From: Caldilineaceae bacterium
GTDB taxonomy: Bacteria > Chloroflexota > Anaerolineae > Caldilineales > Caldilineaceae
Length of the DNA stretch: 64,000 nt
NCBI GenBank assembly: GCA_048499455.1
Contig: JASNZV010000006.1
Span: 77,380 to 141,379 of the forward strand
Direction of reading: 5' to 3'
The translations under genes and the position numbers were made by a program. Shown one piece after another: positions 8,408 through 18,419 of the stretch (positions are counted from its first letter, which is position 1; the number at the start of each line of letters is the position of its first letter). The notes under the pieces were generated by a model. That model worked only from the letters and a program-made list of their open reading frames with translations. It made no database searches and was not told where the DNA came from.

Positions 8408-11287
8408 ATGCGCGCTCCACGCCGCCCCACAACACTGATCTGGCTCGCGATGCTTGGCATCGTCGTTGCCGTGGCTGGCTGTGCGTTCCCCGGGCTTGGC
8501 CCTGAGCAGGCCACGCCCACCGCCCTGGCTTTGCTGGAGACTGCTACACCGGCGATAACCCTTACCCCAACTGTGGCGCCGCAAGCCATCCCAGTCATCG
8601 CCGTTGCGCCCCGCAGCGCTGAACCAGGGACGGTGGTCTCGGTCTCCGGCGCGGGGTGGCCGTCGGAGACCGAGGTTGCGCTCGATCTCACCGTCGAACA
8701 AGAGACAGGCGTGCAAACGCGCACAGTCGCTACATCGACCACCGACACTCAGGGGCAGTTTGCTGCCTCGTTTGTTTATCCGGATGACCCCTTGTACAGC
8801 CAGACATCTCGTGTCGAGGTGACCGCCGTCGCGCTGGATACGGGCGAGCAGGCCAGGGCCAATTTGACCGTGTTGGCGGTTGCGCCCTCGGCAACGGCTG
8901 TGGCAACTACAACCGTGACCCTCCCGTTGGTGGTGGCCGCGCCATCGCCTGTCGCCACCGCCTCGCCGACGGCAATTGCAACGGCCACACCGCCGGCGAG
9001 GCCCGCCAATGCTGCGATTGTGACCGCTAGCGCCTTGAACGTCCGCAGTGGGCCTGCCGTGAATTTCTCGATCTTGCGTACAGTCCCAGATAGGACGGGA
9101 GTGACGGTCCTGGGCCAAAATGCCGCCGGTGACTGGCTCTATGTGCAACTCGCAGATGGCAGTCAAGGCTGGGTTGCGCGCGCCTATACCGACTATAGCA
9201 ATGTCGCCCCGGTGCTGACACCGCCAGCTGCGCCGCTGCCCGTCGTCATCGCAACCGCTACACCGACGTGGACGCAAACCCCCACCATCACCCCGGTTGT
9301 GATCACGGAATGGCAAGGTGAGTATTTCGACAACCCCGTCCTCTCGGGCGCGCCGCGCCTGGTGCGCAATGACTTTGCCATTGACTTTGTGTGGGGGGAG
9401 GGGGCGCCGGCTCCAGGACTGCCGCCCGATCGCTTTTCCGTCCGCTGGATGCGCAATGTCTATCTGAGCGCGGGACGTTATCGATTCCACATTTTGGTTG
9501 ATGATGGGATGCGTCTCTTTGTCGATGGCGACCTCATCATCGACGAGTGGCGCATCGGAAGCGAGCGCGAGGTCACCGCAGTCCGTACGCTTGCCGATGG
9601 CCTGCATCAATTGCGGGTCGAGTATTTTGAAAATACGGGTGTGGCGCGCGCCCGTGTCTGGTGGGAACAGGCCGACAGTACGCCTACCAGCTTCCCCGAT
9701 TGGCGAGGTGAATACTGGTCCAATCGCGACCTCAATGGCGACCCCGCGCTGGTGCGCAACGATGTGGAGATCGATTTCAACTGGGGTAACGGTGCGCCGG
9801 ATCCATCCCTGCCCGTCGATAATTTCTCGGCCCGCTGGACACGCCGGGTGACCTTCAGTCCCGGCCTCTATCGCTTCTCGGCGCGCGCCGACGACGGCAT
9901 TCGTTTCTATCTCGACGACCAACTGCTTATCGATGAGTGGCGTGACAGCGCCGGCTCGACCGTGTACACGGCTGAGATCGCGCTCGACGGTCGCTACCGG
10001 CTCGAGGTCGAATACTACGAGCGGGGCGGTGGCGCGCTGGTTGAGTTTTGGTGGCAACGCCTCGCCACGCTGACCCCCACCCCAATCGTGACGCTCACAC
10101 CAACGTGGACGCCACTGCCAACTGCGACATCGACTGTTATGCCCACGTCGACATCAACTCCAACATCGACCCAGACACCCACGCCGACTGCCACCGCGAC
10201 ACCGACCCTGACCCCGACGCCCACCATCCCCGGACTGGCCTATGCTCAGGTTGAGCCCGCATCGGGGAGCGCCAACACTCAGGTTGCCGTCAGCGGTGGC
10301 GGGTTCCCACCCAATACGGTGGTCAACATTCATCTGGCCCAACTTGTTCAGGCGAGCCAAGAGGCGTCAAGCATCCCCATCTATGCCACCACACAGACAG
10401 ACAGCGGCGGCCGCTTTCGCACGCTCTTTGTGATGCCGAGCCAGTGGGCCAATGGCGCGCCTATCGAACCGGGGCAGATCGTCATTCTCGTAGCGACCTC
10501 AGATTTCACGATGCAGGCAAGCGCGCTCTTTGACTATGTTCCGTTGCCCACGGCGACGGAAACGGCCACGGCAACGGCAACGGAGACCGCCACGCCACAG
10601 CCGACCGACACACCGATCCCGCAGCCCACGGCAACGGCAACGGAGACCGCCACGCCGCAGCCGACCGACACACCGATCCCGCAGCCCACGGCAACGGAAA
10701 CGGCCACCGCGACGGCAACGGTGACAGCCACGCCGCAGCCGACCGACACACCGATCCCGCAGCCCACCGCAACGGCGACGGAAACGGAGACAGCCACACC
10801 GACGCCGACCGAGACGCCAACCGAGACGCCGACCGAGACGCCAACCGAGACGCCGACCGAGACGCCAACCGAGACGCCGACCGAGACGCCGACCGAGACG
10901 CCGACCGAGACGCCAATTGAAACACCACCGGCAGACCCTGCCGTACAGGTGGTTCTCTTCTCCGAAGGCGAAAAGGCTACAGCTACTGTACAAGGCCAGG
11001 GCTTCCCAGCGCTGGCTCAACTGAACATCTATCTGGCTCCGCTTACCAGTTCAAACAGTGAATCGGCTCAGTTGCAGCGATACGCGCGGGCCACAACCGA
11101 TGAACAAGGCGTCTTTGCAGTCTCTTTTGCCATGCCGCAATTGTGGCCCGATGGTGCGCCAATTGAAGCAGGCAAGCTGCAGATCATCGTTGCGACTCAG
11201 GACGGCGCCCAACAGGTGGCCACCCCCTTTGACTACCGGCCGCCTGCGCGCCCATCCAATCAGGGCCCTGTCTATCGGCCGCAGTAG
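8408..11287 (+). CDS. Large secreted lipoprotein: Ig-like domain, SH3b, three PA14 domains, two more Ig-like domains, joined by Thr/Pro-rich linkers
   Basis: AAGGAGG ribosome-binding site and lipobox VAGC. SH3b segment [20 protein letters not shown]. Three repeats of W(Q/R)GEY(F/W)xN..L.G.P...R.D..I.F.WG.G.P..FS(V/A)RW..YR(F)..DDG.R(L/F).(V/L)D..L.ID.W..(V)EY(F/Y)E. Long [18 protein letters not shown] and TETP linkers. Confidence 0.85.
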   Translation: MRAPRRPTTLIWLAMLGIVVAVAGCAFPGLGPEQATPTALALLETATPAITLTPTVAPQAIPVIAVAPRSAEPGTVVSVSGAGWPSETEVALDLTVEQETGVQTRTVATSTTDTQGQFAASFVYPDDPLYSQTSRVEVTAVALDTGEQARANLTVLAVAPSATAVATTTVTLPLVVAAPSPVATASPTAIATATPPARPANAAIVTASALNVRSGPAVNFSILRTVPDRTGVTVLGQNAAGDWLYVQLADGSQGWVARAYTDYSNVAPVLTPPAAPLPVVIATATPTWTQTPTITPVVITEWQGEYFDNPVLSGAPRLVRNDFAIDFVWGEGAPAPGLPPDRFSVRWMRNVYLSAGRYRFHILVDDGMRLFVDGDLIIDEWRIGSEREVTAVRTLADGLHQLRVEYFENTGVARARVWWEQADSTPTSFPDWRGEYWSNRDLNGDPALVRNDVEIDFNWGNGAPDPSLPVDNFSARWTRRVTFSPGLYRFSARADDGIRFYLDDQLLIDEWRDSAGSTVYTAEIALDGRYRLEVEYYERGGGALVEFWWQRLATLTPTPIVTLTPTWTPLPTATSTVMPTSTSTPTSTQTPTPTATATPTLTPTPTIPGLAYAQVEPASGSANTQVAVSGGGFPPNTVVNIHLAQLVQASQEASSIPIYATTQTDSGGRFRTLFVMPSQWANGAPIEPGQIVILVATSDFTMQASALFDYVPLPTATETATATATETATPQPTDTPIPQPTATATETATPQPTDTPIPQPTATETATATATVTATPQPTDTPIPQPTATATETETATPTPTETPTETPTETPTETPTETPTETPTETPTETPTETPIETPPADPAVQVVLFSEGEKATATVQGQGFPALAQLNIYLAPLTSSNSESAQLQRYARATTDEQGVFAVSFAMPQLWPDGAPIEAGKLQIIVATQDGAQQVATPFDYRPPARPSNQGPVYRPQ
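10550..10925 (+). repeat. In-frame tandem DNA repeats encoding Thr/Pro linkers
   Basis: Two near-identical 60-bp units (10567-10626 and 10627-10686, one mismatch) and a third variant. About ten 12-bp units ACCGAGACGCC(A/G) follow across roughly 10808-10915. Confidence 0.9.
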
Positions 11288-11313
11288 GCCGTTGCCCAGC
11301 AAACAGGCTATGA

Positions 11314-11345
11314 GGGGACAGTCACTTCTGCAAGTGACTGTCCCC
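11314..11345. repeat. Palindromic hairpin element, GACAGTCACTT family, copy 2 (perfect 14-bp arms)
   Basis: GGGGACAGTCACTT, loop ctgc, AAGTGACTGTCCCC. Lies 27 nt after the PA14 lipoprotein stop. There is no clear U-tract. Confidence 0.7.
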
Positions 11346-11431
11346 TTCAGAAGTACTCTGTTAATGACGCCCTGGTGAGCGCAAAGAGCCATCGGTTCGG
11401 AAGCGGGATGTGACAAGGGAGGTGGTTGACC

Positions 11432-12640
11432 ATGAATATCCTCCTTGCCGGCCAGGCCTTCTACCAACACAACAACGGCCAGGCCGTCTTCACCATCAAC
11501 CTGGCCGAAGGGCTGGCCGCCGCCGGCCATCGCGTCACCGTGTTGGCCCCTTCCGAGACTGGCCGGGCGTATCAAAAGCAGCAAGAAAGGGTGGTGGTCC
11601 AGGCTGTGTCGGCTTTGCCCGTCGGTTACACTGCAAATGTCACGGCATTTTCGGATCAGCGCGTGGGCCAAATTCTAGCCGCCTTTGCGCCGGATGTTGT
11701 ACATATCCAGGATCACTATTTTCTGAGCCGCAGCGTATTGCGTTGCGCCAGGCAACACCAGGTCACCTGGATCGGCACCAATCACTTTCTACCGGAAAAC
11801 CTCCTCGATAATCTCTGGCTGCCAGGGTGGCTGTGCGCCCCTGTGCAGCGCCTCATGTGGCGCACCATGTTGGACGTATACAACCAACTGGATGGCGTCA
11901 CGACACCCACCGAAACTGGGGTTGCCATCTTGAAACGTGCAGGGCTGCGTGTGCCCGTCCAGGCCATCTCCTGTGGGGTGGATCGCTGGCGCTTCCGGCC
12001 GCGGCCCGAGTTGGACCGGGCGGCCATGCGCCGCAAGTATGGTCTGGCTGAGGACAAAACACTGTTACTCTTTGTCGGGCGTGTGGACCCAGAGAAGTGT
12101 CTCGATGTGGTAATCCGCGCCCTGGCGCTGGTCAAGCGCAACGACCTTCAGTTTGCTATTGCCGGTAAAGGTCGTGAACAACACACTCTCCAGACGCTGG
12201 GCCGGGAACTGGCGCTGGGACAGCAAGTGGTCTTCACGGGGTTTGTGCCGGCCCCCGATCTCCCCCTGTTGCTCAACAGCGCCGACGCCTTTGTCATGCC
12301 CGGCCATGCTGAACTGCAAAGCATTGCCACCCTGGAAGCCATGGCGAGCGGGTTACCGGTCCTTGCTGCCAATGCCCGCGCTCTGCCGGAACTGGTCACA
12401 CCGCACGTAAACGGCTATCTGTTCAAAGCGAATGACAGCCCGGCTGTTGCGCACGCAATCACCACCTTCCTCGGCAACCGACCTCAGTGGGCTGCGATGG
12501 GTGCGGCCAGCCTGGCCAAGATCGCGGTTCACACCCAACAAAATACCATCCAGCGCTATCTTGAATGGTATGATTTGGTGCGGCAAATGCATCCGGTTGT
12601 CAACCATCTACAACCGGCCTCACCGGTGAAAACGGTGTAG
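11432..12640 (+). CDS. Glycosyltransferase family 4 (GT-B fold)
   Basis: MNILLAGQAFY N-terminus with GGGAGGTGG upstream. C-terminal EX7E-type region PGHAELQSIATLEAMASGLPVLA. Confidence 0.85.
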   Translation: MNILLAGQAFYQHNNGQAVFTINLAEGLAAAGHRVTVLAPSETGRAYQKQQERVVVQAVSALPVGYTANVTAFSDQRVGQILAAFAPDVVHIQDHYFLSRSVLRCARQHQVTWIGTNHFLPENLLDNLWLPGWLCAPVQRLMWRTMLDVYNQLDGVTTPTETGVAILKRAGLRVPVQAISCGVDRWRFRPRPELDRAAMRRKYGLAEDKTLLLFVGRVDPEKCLDVVIRALALVKRNDLQFAIAGKGREQHTLQTLGRELALGQQVVFTGFVPAPDLPLLLNSADAFVMPGHAELQSIATLEAMASGLPVLAANARALPELVTPHVNGYLFKANDSPAVAHAITTFLGNRPQWAAMGAASLAKIAVHTQQNTIQRYLEWYDLVRQMHPVVNHLQPASPVKTV

Positions 12641-12680
12641 CCGAGCAGCAAGTTTGGGGGGCTTCGAGTTGCAGACATCT

Positions 12681-15158
12681 ATGACAGTGCGTGACAAACT
12701 TCCCCCAGAAAAATCACTCACCAGCGGGCCAACAGAGACAGGGCGCTCCTACTGGCAGATCCTGCACACCAATCTGTTCAGCTTCTTCAACATTATCCTC
12801 TTTTCGGTGGGCGTAATCCTGATGGTCTTTGGCCGCTACAATGACGCCTTTATCACGGTCAGCGCCGGTCTCGCCGGGACGATTGTCAATGCCTTTCATG
12901 AAATCCGCGCCAAGCGCCAACTCGACAAAATCTCTCTACTCGTCCGGCCCGAAGTGCGGGTGATCCGCGACGGGATCGAGCAGACCATCGACCCCGCGCA
13001 ACTGGCGCCAGGCGACACGGTTCATCTGCGCACCGGTGACCAGGTGCAGGCCGATGGCGTCGTGGTAAGCGACAATGGGGCAGAGCTGGATGAGTCGCTG
13101 CTGACCGGCGAGAGCGATTTAGTGCGCAAAAAACAGGGCGACTCGATCCTGTCGGGGAGCTTCTGTGTCAACGGCGATCTCATCTATCGCGCCGAGGCGG
13201 TGGGGGCCGAGAGCTTTGCCAATCAACTGACTGCCGCCGCCCGCGCCTTTACTCCTGTTTCGACGCCACTCCAGCAACAGGTTGCCCTGACCATCCGCCT
13301 GCTCATGGTGCTGACTGTCTTTATGGCGCTCGTCTTCTATATTTCCGGTTTTATCCGTCACCTGAATTTTGTACAAAATGTGGAAGCGTCGGCGGTATTG
13401 ATCGGTCTGATCCCATACGGCCTCTTTCTGACCATCAACCTCGCCTATACGCTGGGAGCGGTTCGGATTGCCGGTGCGGGCGCGGTGGTGCAGCAGACCA
13501 ACGCCGTCGAATCGTTGCGCTATGTCGATGTGCTTTGCATGGACAAGACCGGCACCTTGACAACCAACGCGCTTGAGTTACATGCACTGCAACCGCTGGG
13601 GCAGATTTCCGAAGGCGAACTGAGGCAGCACTTAGGCGATTTTGCGCACAGCGCCTCGACCGCCAACGCGACGACGACTGCGCTCAGAGAGAGGATCGTG
13701 GGCCGCCAGCGGCAGCCGGTGGATGAAGTACGCTTCGCCTCGGCGCGACGGTGGAGCGCACTGGCCTTCGACGACAGCGCAGGACGCGGCCTCTTTGTGA
13801 TGGGGGCGCCGGAAATGTTGCAGCCTCATCTGGCGGCAGGCGATGGGGCCGACCTGGACCGCCAGATACAGGCCTGGTCTGACCAGGGGCTGCGCGTACT
13901 GCTCTTTGCCTACAACCCCGAGGTGACGACCTTGCACGACGCTGCCGGCGACCCGGCGTTGCCGGCACTCCAACCGTTGGGTCTGGTCAGCCTACGCGAT
14001 GAACTGCGCCCCTACGCCCGCGAAGTTCTGGCCGAGTTTAGCGAGCTTGGCGTCCACCTCAAGATCATTTCGGGCGACAACCCGCGCACGGTAGCGGCGC
14101 TGGTCAAACAGACCGGGCTGGTCGATCCCAAGCTGGTGACGGGCGCCGAGCTGGCGGCCATGAGCATGGCGGAATTCGAGCAGGCCGCCGAGGAAGCCAC
14201 GGTTTTCGGGCGCGTCGCCCCCGAACAGAAGGCGCAGTTGGTGGCGGCGCTGATCCGGCGCGGCCATTACGTAGCGATGATCGGCGACGGCGTCAACGAC
14301 ATCCTTGCCCTCAAGCGGGCCAAACTTGGGATCGCCATCCAGAGCGGTAGCAGCGCCACCCGCAACGTAGCCGATATGGTGCTGCTCGACGACTCGTACG
14401 CCGCGCTGGCGCCCGCCCTGAGCGAGGGCAAGCGGATCAGCAACGGGCTCACCAACGCCACCCTGCTGTTGATCACCCGCGCCTTGACCTACGCCTTTGT
14501 CATCATCGGCGTGCTCATGGTGGGGCTAGACTTTCCCTTTGAGCCGGCCCAGGCGGGGGTCACCGCCATCACGGTCGGTCTGCCCGCTTTCTTTTTAACG
14601 CTGTGGGCTCGGCCACAGGCAAAAACCGAGCCGTTGCTGCCGGCTATGGTGCGTTTTGTGTTGCCCGTTGCGCTGTGGAGCATGTTGATCGGCGTGGCGC
14701 TCTATACGTATGTCTATTATCGCACCGGCCAGGCATTGGGTGAGGCGTTTGTCCCACCTGGTTTGATTACGCGCTTTGAACGCTACACTGGCTTGGATTA
14801 CGGGGTGGATCAACAATTTGGGCTGACGGCCACACGCATCGCGGCGCAGACCGCGCTCTCGGTTTTTCTCTCGCTCGGCGCCCTGATCCTGCTCCTCTTT
14901 ATGGAGCCGCCGGTGGCGCTGTTGGCAAGCTGGCGCCCCGTCAGCCCCGACCGGCGGCCGGCGTTGCTGGCGGTCGGCTTGATGGTGCTGCTCGTTACGG
15001 CCTTGTACACGCCCGCAGTTGCTACCTATTTGGGCTTTTTACCCCCCTTCGGCCCTGTTTGGCGCGATATTCTGGTTGCGCTGGCGGTTTGGGCGCCGGG
15101 CCTGTGGCTGCTCTGGCGCAAACGTTGGGTCGAGCGGCTGCTGGCGCTGGATGTCTGA
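12681..15158 (+). CDS. P-type ATPase of unassigned substrate class (HAD-type P domain)
   Basis: LTGESD actuator motif, DKTGTLT phosphorylation site and GDGVNDILALKRA hinge. The TM4 motif is IPYGL rather than PEGL or CPC. The start is uncertain (TTG at 12654 or ATG at 12681). Confidence 0.85.
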   Translation: MTVRDKLPPEKSLTSGPTETGRSYWQILHTNLFSFFNIILFSVGVILMVFGRYNDAFITVSAGLAGTIVNAFHEIRAKRQLDKISLLVRPEVRVIRDGIEQTIDPAQLAPGDTVHLRTGDQVQADGVVVSDNGAELDESLLTGESDLVRKKQGDSILSGSFCVNGDLIYRAEAVGAESFANQLTAAARAFTPVSTPLQQQVALTIRLLMVLTVFMALVFYISGFIRHLNFVQNVEASAVLIGLIPYGLFLTINLAYTLGAVRIAGAGAVVQQTNAVESLRYVDVLCMDKTGTLTTNALELHALQPLGQISEGELRQHLGDFAHSASTANATTTALRERIVGRQRQPVDEVRFASARRWSALAFDDSAGRGLFVMGAPEMLQPHLAAGDGADLDRQIQAWSDQGLRVLLFAYNPEVTTLHDAAGDPALPALQPLGLVSLRDELRPYAREVLAEFSELGVHLKIISGDNPRTVAALVKQTGLVDPKLVTGAELAAMSMAEFEQAAEEATVFGRVAPEQKAQLVAALIRRGHYVAMIGDGVNDILALKRAKLGIAIQSGSSATRNVADMVLLDDSYAALAPALSEGKRISNGLTNATLLLITRALTYAFVIIGVLMVGLDFPFEPAQAGVTAITVGLPAFFLTLWARPQAKTEPLLPAMVRFVLPVALWSMLIGVALYTYVYYRTGQALGEAFVPPGLITRFERYTGLDYGVDQQFGLTATRIAAQTALSVFLSLGALILLLFMEPPVALLASWRPVSPDRRPALLAVGLMVLLVTALYTPAVATYLGFLPPFGPVWRDILVALAVWAPGLWLLWRKRWVERLLALDV

Positions 15159-15189
15159 CCGAGCGCGCTGAACTGCGTATCCCTTTTTG

Positions 15190-16335
15190 TCATTCATAAA
15201 GCCAACAGGCAACACGGTGACCTTCAACGAGAAAGTGCGGGGGCCGTTCGGTCTCGCAGATCGTCCCCTTCTTGGCAAAGCAGCGGGTGTGAAAGGGGCA
15301 GCCGGAGGGCGGGTCGATGGGGCTGGGCACGGCGCCCGTCAGGATGATGCGTTCGCGGCGCGCCCGCCGCTCGACCACCGGGATGGCGGCCAGCAACGCC
15401 TGTGTGTAGGGGTGTAGCGGATTGGCAAAGAGACTTTCCGTCTCCGCCTCCTCGACGATATGGCCCAGATACATGACCGCGACGCGGTCGCTCAGATAGT
15501 GAATCATGCTCAGGTCGTGGGCGATAAAGAGGTAGGTCAACTGGAACTCTTGTTGCAACTCCTCAAGCAAGTTGATCACCTGAGCCTGAATCGAGACATC
15601 GAGCGCCGAGATCGGCTCATCGGCCACGACGAACTGGGGGCGCATGGCCAGGGCGCGGGCGATGCCGATGCGCTGCCGCTGGCCCCCCGAGAATTGGTGG
15701 GGATAGGCGTCGATATGGTGTTCGCTCAGCCCGACCCGCTGCAGCAGGGAACGCGTCTCTATCTCGCGCTGTAGTACATCGGTCACGCCGCGCTGGCCTA
15801 AGGCCACACCAATGATATCGCGGACCGTTTTGCGCGGATTCAGCGACGAGTAGGGGTTCTGAAAGATGATCTGGGTCAGTTGAAAGAAGGGAATCGTCCC
15901 CGCTGACTTTTGCTTCCCTCTTGCTTCCACGCCGTCGTTCCCGGCGGGCTCTACGGGCGGATGGAGATGATCCCCGGTCACTGGCTGGCCGCGGAATAGC
16001 AATTGGCCAGCGGTCGGTGCGTAGAGCCGGGTCATCACCCGGCCCAACGTTGTCTTGCCACAGCCACTTTCGCCCACCAGCCCCAGCGTCTCACCAGTCC
16101 AGATCTTCAAACTGACATCATCGACGGCTTTGATCTCTTGATCGCGTTGCCCGGCCAAAATTTTGGCCAGCAGGCTGGGCCGGATGGGAAAGTACTTTTT
16201 GATGTTGCGCACCTCTACCAGCGGGACGCCAGCCGGCGCCGGGGCAGAGCGGCGGGGATGAGCAACTTCGTGGATGGTTCCGGCCGGTGTATTGGGTAGC
16301 AGATCTACTTGATCGTGCATAGCAACCTTTCTCAA
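15190..16335 (-). CDS. ABC transporter ATP-binding protein (DppF/OppF type)
   Basis: Walker A GESGCGKTT, signature FSGGQRQR, Walker B FVVADEP and an oligopeptide-type C-terminal domain. Carries an insertion (..GDHLHPPVEPAGNDGVEARGKQKSAG..). Confidence 0.9.
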   Translation of the reverse strand: MRKVAMHDQVDLLPNTPAGTIHEVAHPRRSAPAPAGVPLVEVRNIKKYFPIRPSLLAKILAGQRDQEIKAVDDVSLKIWTGETLGLVGESGCGKTTLGRVMTRLYAPTAGQLLFRGQPVTGDHLHPPVEPAGNDGVEARGKQKSAGTIPFFQLTQIIFQNPYSSLNPRKTVRDIIGVALGQRGVTDVLQREIETRSLLQRVGLSEHHIDAYPHQFSGGQRQRIGIARALAMRPQFVVADEPISALDVSIQAQVINLLEELQQEFQLTYLFIAHDLSMIHYLSDRVAVMYLGHIVEEAETESLFANPLHPYTQALLAAIPVVERRARRERIILTGAVPSPIDPPSGCPFHTRCFAKKGTICETERPPHFLVEGHRVACWLYE

Positions 16336-17435
16336 CGCTCTGTCTGCATGAAGCCGTTGCCAGACACTACACTGTGCGCAGGTTGATCCGGCGGAAGCTC
16401 GTCCTCAGGCGTGTAGCGCTCGCCTTGCTCGTAGAGGATGCAGCGGGCAAAGTGGCCCTCGCCCACGGCGCGCAACCGCAGCTCGCTGTGCCAGCACTCG
16501 TCACGGACGAGCGGACAGCGCGGGGCAAACGCACAGCCCGCAGGCAGATCGATCAAGCTGGGCACATCGCCGGGGATGGGGTGGATGGTCTGGGCTTTGT
16601 CCGTAATGCGCGGGATGCAGGCCAGCAGCCCTTGCGTATAAGGATGTTGCGGCTGCTCGATCACCTGGTCGACCGGTCCGCGCTCGACGATGCGTCCGGC
16701 GTACATGACGGCCAGATTGTGGCAGAACTCAGCAGCCAGCCCCAGATTGTGCGTCACCAGGATGATGCTCGTGCCGTGCTCGCGGTTGATCTTGCGCATC
16801 AACTCGATGATCTGCGCCTGAATGGTCACATCGAGCGCGGTCGTCGGCTCGTCGGCCAGCAGGATCGCGGGCTTGCAGGCCAAACCGATGGCAATGAGCA
16901 CCCGCTGCTGCATCCCCCCAGAGAACTGGTGCGGGTAATCCCAATAGCGGGCGTCCACGCCGGGAATGCCAACTTCGGCCATCACCTCGTATACTCGCTG
17001 CCGTTCGAGACGGCGCTGCGCCCAGTCCAGAGGCCAGGGCAGGCCGGGCAGCCGTGCGTCGACCAGGCCGTGCAGCCGCAGCGCCTCGCGAATCTGTTCG
17101 CCCACGGGGAAGACCGGGTTGAGCGTGCTCATGGGGTCCTGGAAGATCATGGCGATCTCGCGGCCGCGGATGGCGTGCATGGCATGGCGCGGCAACTTGC
17201 GCAGATTCTCACCCCGGAAGAGAATCTCGCCCTCGGCGATGCGGCCTGGCCGGTTGATCAGCCGCAGGATCGAGAGCAGCACCGTGCTTTTGCCACAGCC
17301 CGACTCGCCCACGATGCCCAGGATTTCGCCCGGCGCCAGACGCAGGTTGATCCGGTTGGCCGCGATGACGTTGCCACGCTTCAGCGGGAAGACCGTCGTC
17401 AGGTTCTTGAGTTCGAGCAGCGGTGGATTGCTCAT
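16332..17435 (-). CDS. ABC transporter ATP-binding protein (DppD/OppD type)
   Basis: [18 protein letters not shown] and [12 protein letters not shown] 4-nt ATGA overlap joins it to the next gene. Confidence 0.9.
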   Translation of the reverse strand: MSNPPLLELKNLTTVFPLKRGNVIAANRINLRLAPGEILGIVGESGCGKSTVLLSILRLINRPGRIAEGEILFRGENLRKLPRHAMHAIRGREIAMIFQDPMSTLNPVFPVGEQIREALRLHGLVDARLPGLPWPLDWAQRRLERQRVYEVMAEVGIPGVDARYWDYPHQFSGGMQQRVLIAIGLACKPAILLADEPTTALDVTIQAQIIELMRKINREHGTSIILVTHNLGLAAEFCHNLAVMYAGRIVERGPVDQVIEQPQHPYTQGLLACIPRITDKAQTIHPIPGDVPSLIDLPAGCAFAPRCPLVRDECWHSELRLRAVGEGHFARCILYEQGERYTPEDELPPDQPAHSVVSGNGFMQTER

Positions 17436-17436
17436 C

Positions 17437-18378
17437 TCACTCCACTTTCAATCTTGGGTCTAACACATCACGCAGCCCCTCACCAAAGAGGTTGAGGGAG
17501 AGCACCAACAACAGAATGGCCAGGCCTGGAAAGGTAGAGACCCACCAGGCGGCGAGCATCACATCGCGCCCCTCGGAGACCATCGACCCCCAGGCCGGGG
17601 TCGGCGGTTGGATCCCCAACCCGAGAAAACTGAGCGACGCCTCGGTGACAATAAAGAAGCCCATGCGCAGCGTGCCCAACACAAAGACCGACTGCACGAT
17701 GTTAGGCAAAATTTCGCTAACAATGATGGTTGGGTGGCGCCGGCCCAATGCACGCGCTGCCTCGACATAGTCTCTTGTCTTCTCTGCCATTACCGCGCCC
17801 CGCACCAGGCGATAGAATTCCACCCAGCCTTTGAAGGTCAAAGCCATGATCAGGTTGCCAAAGCCGGGGCCAATAAACGCCATCACCCCAATGGCAAAGA
17901 TCAGAAACGGGAAGGCCATTAGCAGGTCAGCAAAACGCGAAAGCGCCGCATCAAACCAGCCCCGGTAATAGCCGGCCAGCGCACCCAGCGCGACACCTAC
18001 CAGGACAGAGATGCTGACGGTCAACAAGCCAATCCCCAGCGAAACGCGGGCGCCAAAAATGATGCGTGTGAAGATATCGCGGCCCTGCGCATCGGTTCCT
18101 AGCCAATAGGCGCTCTGGCCCCCTTCCATCCAGACTGGCGGAACGAAGCGCTGGCGCAGATTTCCGAGCGTCGGGTTGTGGCTCGTCAGTTGGGGTGCAA
18201 AGAGAGCCGCCCCAAAAAAGAGCAGTACGATCACGCCTCCCAGCATCGCAATAGGGTGCTGGGCGAGTTCTCCCAGAAATTCGGCCAGATTGCGCCGCCA
18301 CACACCGGCGCGGATCTGCCAGGGTCGCCAGACGGTCGTTTCGGTGAGTGGGGCAACTTCCATTCCAGATGAGTCCAT
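17437..18378 (-). CDS. ABC transporter permease (DppC/OppC type)
   Basis: Six-TM BPD_transp_1 protein with the EAA-loop region YVEAARALGRRHPTII. Confidence 0.9.
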   Translation of the reverse strand: MDSSGMEVAPLTETTVWRPWQIRAGVWRRNLAEFLGELAQHPIAMLGGVIVLLFFGAALFAPQLTSHNPTLGNLRQRFVPPVWMEGGQSAYWLGTDAQGRDIFTRIIFGARVSLGIGLLTVSISVLVGVALGALAGYYRGWFDAALSRFADLLMAFPFLIFAIGVMAFIGPGFGNLIMALTFKGWVEFYRLVRGAVMAEKTRDYVEAARALGRRHPTIIVSEILPNIVQSVFVLGTLRMGFFIVTEASLSFLGLGIQPPTPAWGSMVSEGRDVMLAAWWVSTFPGLAILLLVLSLNLFGEGLRDVLDPRLKVE

Positions 18379-18419
18379 GATTCGCAGCGATCTCTGCTCG
18401 TTTTCAAAACAGCCGCAGC

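Noticed and set aside
8261-10057. 598-aa ORF antisense to the PA14 lipoprotein gene
   Set aside because: Arg/Gly/His-rich, low-complexity translation with no motifs. It lies opposite a gene with clear domain signatures. This is the usual long antisense ORF of GC-rich DNA.
10550-10925. Possible CRISPR or noncoding satellite
   Set aside because: The repeats are in frame within a long CDS and encode Thr/Pro linkers.
16374-17495. 373-aa ORF antisense to the DppD-type ATPase gene
   Set aside because: No motifs. The ATPase on the minus strand has Walker A, signature and Walker B motifs.
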